This document shows, in pieces, positions 60,001 to 64,000 of a DNA stretch of 64,000 bases (its first letter is position 1; the number at the start of each line of letters is the position of its first letter). The translations under genes were made by a program, and so were the position numbers. Origin of the DNA: a virus (lineage: Duplodnaviria > Caudoviricetes); IMG/VR virus record IMGVR_UViG_3300031993_000059, positions 6,597 to 70,596 of that record. The stretch is one strand, 5' to 3'. The notes under the pieces are model-generated. The model saw only the letters and a program-made list of their open reading frames with translations, was not told the DNA's origin and did not search any database.

Positions 60001-63000
60001 GACTTTAAGTTAACTGCTTGTAATTCAAATTCTGCTTCGGTTAATTCTTGTAACGCTTGAGTATTAATTTTAACGCCATCAGCGGTATTGTAAAACGCAT
60101 CAGATACATCGAAATTCTTGCCAGTTAAATCTGAAAATCCAGATAGAAGAGCATTAATTGTTTCAGTTGACAATCCGGTTTCAGACATTGATTCAGATAG
60201 GGCAGTAGAAATAGTACTTGCAAGTTGGGTAGCCTAATCATAGACAAGAGTATCCATAGTAGAAGACCAATCATAAATCGAATCGCTCAACGAATCAATT
60301 TGATCTTGATAATCACGCCATGCCGATGCATTGTCTTTGACTGATTCTTGCTCTTTTTTAAGGTTTGAAATTTGCTCACGAGCATTACTAATTAAATCAC
60401 GATACGTTTGCTTACTGGCTTTTTGATGTTTCTATTCTGCCACCGTAAGATTACGTTGAAGCTACGTTGCTTTCTCCTAAAGAGCGTTGATATTCTATTG
60501 ATATTCAATATTATCATTCTACTTAGCAGATTGCTCATCTGAAGTGGCAGAAGATGCGGCGGAAAGAGCATTAGCAAGCCATTCCTATGCCCATTCCGGA
60601 TTACTCTCTGCATAATTATCGGCAAGTTTTTGCCACTCACCTGATAATGCTAATTGAGCAGTGGCGCGCATAGCATATGCTTTCGCCAAATTATCATATA
60701 ACGACTAGTCTGCCATACCCTCGCCCACTATAGCTTCTGCTTCTGCTATAGCATTTTCAGCCTAAGTTACGGCATTTTCTTGTTTGGCTAATTCATTTTT
60801 AGCAGCATTTGTGTTTGCTTCAATTGATTCCTTTTGTATTTGAAGAGATTCAACTTGCGATTCGTTGTATGCCTTCTCGGCAGCAAGGACTTCTTGCTAC
60901 GCAGCTTTATATTCATCCGAAGACTTGTCATCAATTCCAGACAACCTATCATTAGCATTTTTTAATGCGCTACGTCTTAGCCGTTCTATTCTCTTTGAAG
61001 TTTCATATTCATCACGATAGTCTTCTGGAGATATGGTTTGTCCACTTGCTTCTTTTAATGAACGAGCAGAGGACTAAGTCTAGAGTCTATTCTATTCACG
61101 CTCAATCTACTTTTCAATTTCGGATTTGCCAAGAACGAGATCCCAGATAACTTTTAATTCATTATACTTCGCAAAAATCTAATCCGCATCACCAGAAAAC
61201 TCATCCTGCATCATCAGACTATAGAGAATGGTTGTATTAAGTTCTTCTCCTCCTGCCGCAAGGCGAGAACGCAAACCTTCAACCTATGCGTCAAATTCTG
61301 AAGCTACTTCGTCTTTAAACTATTTACCTTTAACTCCAGACCCTTCGACATATTTGGCTCTTAAAGTATCAATTGATACACTCAAATCTCCATACTAATC
61401 AATCATATTTTGAATCAGAGTTCTAGTCTATTCTTTGCCTTCTTCAGACATGCCTTCCATGCCTTCGCGAATCTTTTGAATCCATTCGTCAAGTTCTTTA
61501 AATGCGGCAGCAGATATAGATTCGGTTGTAAACTCAGTTAAATCTGGGAATGTATTCTGAAGCTTGACCATTTCTTCGGCGGTGAGGCTACCTTCGTTGC
61601 GAAGAGTCTCAAGCGCACCAGCAAGAGAGGAGAGCTTTGATTCATATTCTGATGCGGAGTCTTTATAAGATTCATCTCCGAAAAGATCGGAAAGAGTATC
61701 GGTTGATTCTATAGGCTTGGTTGATTTGGCATCCTCGAACGCCGCCTTCAATCCATCCCATGTTTTATAAGCACCTTCCTTAACCAAATCAGCATAAATA
61801 CGAAGATCATCCAGAGATAACCCATAGAATTCTTCATAATCAATCTTATCACCGAGTTCACCAATTACATCGGTCTATGCAGATTTTATCTCTTCGAATA
61901 TATCGCCAAATCCATATAGATCAAGCCATGTTTTATATTCGTCTCCATGACCAAAGATACCCTAAAGCACCTCTTCGACCTACATTTGGAATTTACTTGC
62001 GCTAATCTTGCTTGTATCTATCTCAAATAGTCCATTTATAGCCTCTTTTGAATCATCGGATAAATCATTGATAGTTCGTATTAATTCTCCATAAATATAT
62101 GGGACAATCTATCCCTCATATTTTTTCGTAATAACATCTAAATCAAGACTATCGAGATTTGATAAAATTGCGCTTTGGATAGCGTCATTCTATGCGCCAA
62201 ATATATCTGATGTGGACAGATAATTACCTATAATATCTCTTATTGATTTCGACTAATCTTTAACAAAAATATCATTAGCGGATATTTGATTCTATATCTC
62301 TTTAATATCAGATGCTATTGCATTACCAGAAGCATTAACAGAAGATTCTATTATACTATAAACCTATTCTTGAATCTCTTGTAATGTCTTCTCCTCAAGA
62401 TATTCTAGACCACCTAAAGTTGGAAAAGTAAAGGCTTCACCTTTATTTGGGGATGTGTCATTGCTTAAAGACACTCCATATCTACCCAAAACATCTATTA
62501 ATGCATCTTCTAGTTCTTTCGTATAACTTTCAACAGTAATTGCAGAACCATTAATAGACAATAATTTGTTGTTTTCGCCATTACGCTTAATACTTGAAAC
62601 ATCCGACTATTTTTTATTCAGCTAATCTAATTGATTCTATAAAGACTCTCTTTCATTCGTATATCTAGTTATCTGTGCAATTATTCCATCATAATTTGCC
62701 TATGCGTTTTCACCTATTCCAACATTTGCCGCAAGCTTCTCGGCCTCATACATTCTTAATAATGATGCTTCTGCTTCTGATGCACTATTGCTAAGATTTA
62801 GAATAGCATTACCCTAATTATCATACCCTTTGACCAATGATGGGAACTAATCTGCAAGCTAATTGCAAATATTAAGGTATTCTTCGTATTCTTCCGTAGA
62901 TAAACTTGCCCTCTCATTAGTTGACTAGTTAACGCCTCTATGATATTTAGAATATTTTTCCGCAATCTAATCAACAGAATCTTCAAGAGTCTTGATAGCT

Positions 63001-64000
63001 TCGCCTTCTGGCGCAATTTCAACACCAATTTGAACTACTGCGTCTTTCTTATCATTTAATTTTGATACTATATCATTAATATTATCCGCAGCTTCTTTGC
63101 CATTTTCAATAAGCTTTTGCTATTTAAGTAAGGTGTTGTCTAAAATAAACTGAATTCCTTTAAATGCCAAATTTAGCGCAACCGTAATTGCAATCGTAGA
63201 CAACAAAGTAGAAGTTAATCCAGCAAAACCAGTTTTCAATACATTCAGCGCAGAACTAAACCCAGTTGTTGCAGTCTATGCTTCGCCGGCATATTTTACA
63301 TAGTTTTCAATATTCTTAACTGGAATTGAATCATCCTATAAGAATGACTTCATCATCTTATCGGTGATATTATGTTTCTTAAAGAATCCTTCCCAGTTTA
63401 CAAGTCCATTTTCGATGGCTTCCTATGAAATATTTTTACCTACTTTAGCAAAAATATCAGATGCATTAGTAGATACCTCAACCATTGTTTTCTGGGCGCT
63501 CTTTTTAAAACTATCAAAAATAGTTGAGAATCCATCTTTAGAACTAAAACCAAATAATCCAAGTCCATTCTTTTGCATAAGAACAGCAGAAATAGTACCA
63601 ATAATGGTTGGGAGAGTTCCAGCTGTTTTTACGATTAAATTAACTAATTCTAGTATCTTGGTTAGTCCACTAACAACAATTTTTATAGAATCAGAACTAA
63701 TAGCCGTAGAAATTAATTCTTGGACTCTATTTTGTAGCTACGTCGTCTTTGCTTCAATAGAATCAAGATAGATATCTAACTCACGTTGACCAACGCCTTG
63801 AGAATTCTTTGACGTTTCGTATGCTTGCTCCAATAAATCTGGATTCTAAAGAATTGATGCAAGAATATTACTACGAGTTTTACCAGCAAGAAGTTCAAGA
63901 AGAGCATTTGATGTATTTGTACCCATTTCATTATCTTTGGCTACAATATCATCATATACTCTAGAGATATCTAAGAGAATATCGCATGTATTACGAAGTC
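54096..64000 (-). CDS. tail tape measure protein (start upstream of window, >3300 codons); heavily TAG-recoded
   Basis: All fragments share one frame; LLELLAGKTRSNILASIL[TAG]NPDLL, ALVNEIG[TAG]ESRVRDG..DIIFNAE[TAG]T, KLFDWIEVRL, LAWTNED..GSEMIIRP..LTPL; ends RESKK[TAG]GIR-TAA. Continuity spot-checked, not every line. Confidence 0.9.

Noticed and set aside
8572-64000. Mass pseudogenisation or sequencing error as the cause of fragmented - strand ORFs
   Set aside because: In the joins I traced, interruptions are only TAG, with no TAA/TGA or frameshifts; they align with Gln codons, and reading frames are preserved over kilobases.

Overview
This window is part of the genome of a large tailed temperate phage. 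The long-tail, siphovirus-like gene set and the HPr-like, IscS and amidase homologues point to a gut Clostridia host such as Lachnospiraceae or Oscillospiraceae. Bases 1-7047 (+ strand) carry a nucleotide-metabolism module (thyX, DUF3310, deoxyribosyltransferase, HPr-like, nrdH/nrdD/nrdG, dut) and a tyrosine integrase. An attP site matching the 3' end of a tRNA-Leu follows the integrase. From 7425 to 64000 everything is on the - strand: iscS, a lysis cassette, tail fibre/receptor-binding and baseplate genes, two homing-endonuclease-like genes and a tape measure protein of more than 3300 codons. The main observation is that the fragmented ORF track on the - strand is an artefact. The fragments I traced lie in the same frame and are broken only by TAG; reading TAG as Gln (code 15) joins them into about 26 full-length genes that end in TAA/TGA. 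TAG repeatedly aligns with CAA/CAG in internal repeats and paralogues inside this window. The 13 + strand genes and iscS contain no TAG, either as stop or as sense codon, so they read the same in both codes. The structural and lysis genes can only be made after a code switch, and many carry a TAG within their first 25 codons. No suppressor tRNA or release factor is visible in this window. [TAG] below marks an in-frame amber codon read as Gln. Gene joins were traced by hand, so coordinates may be off by a codon or two.
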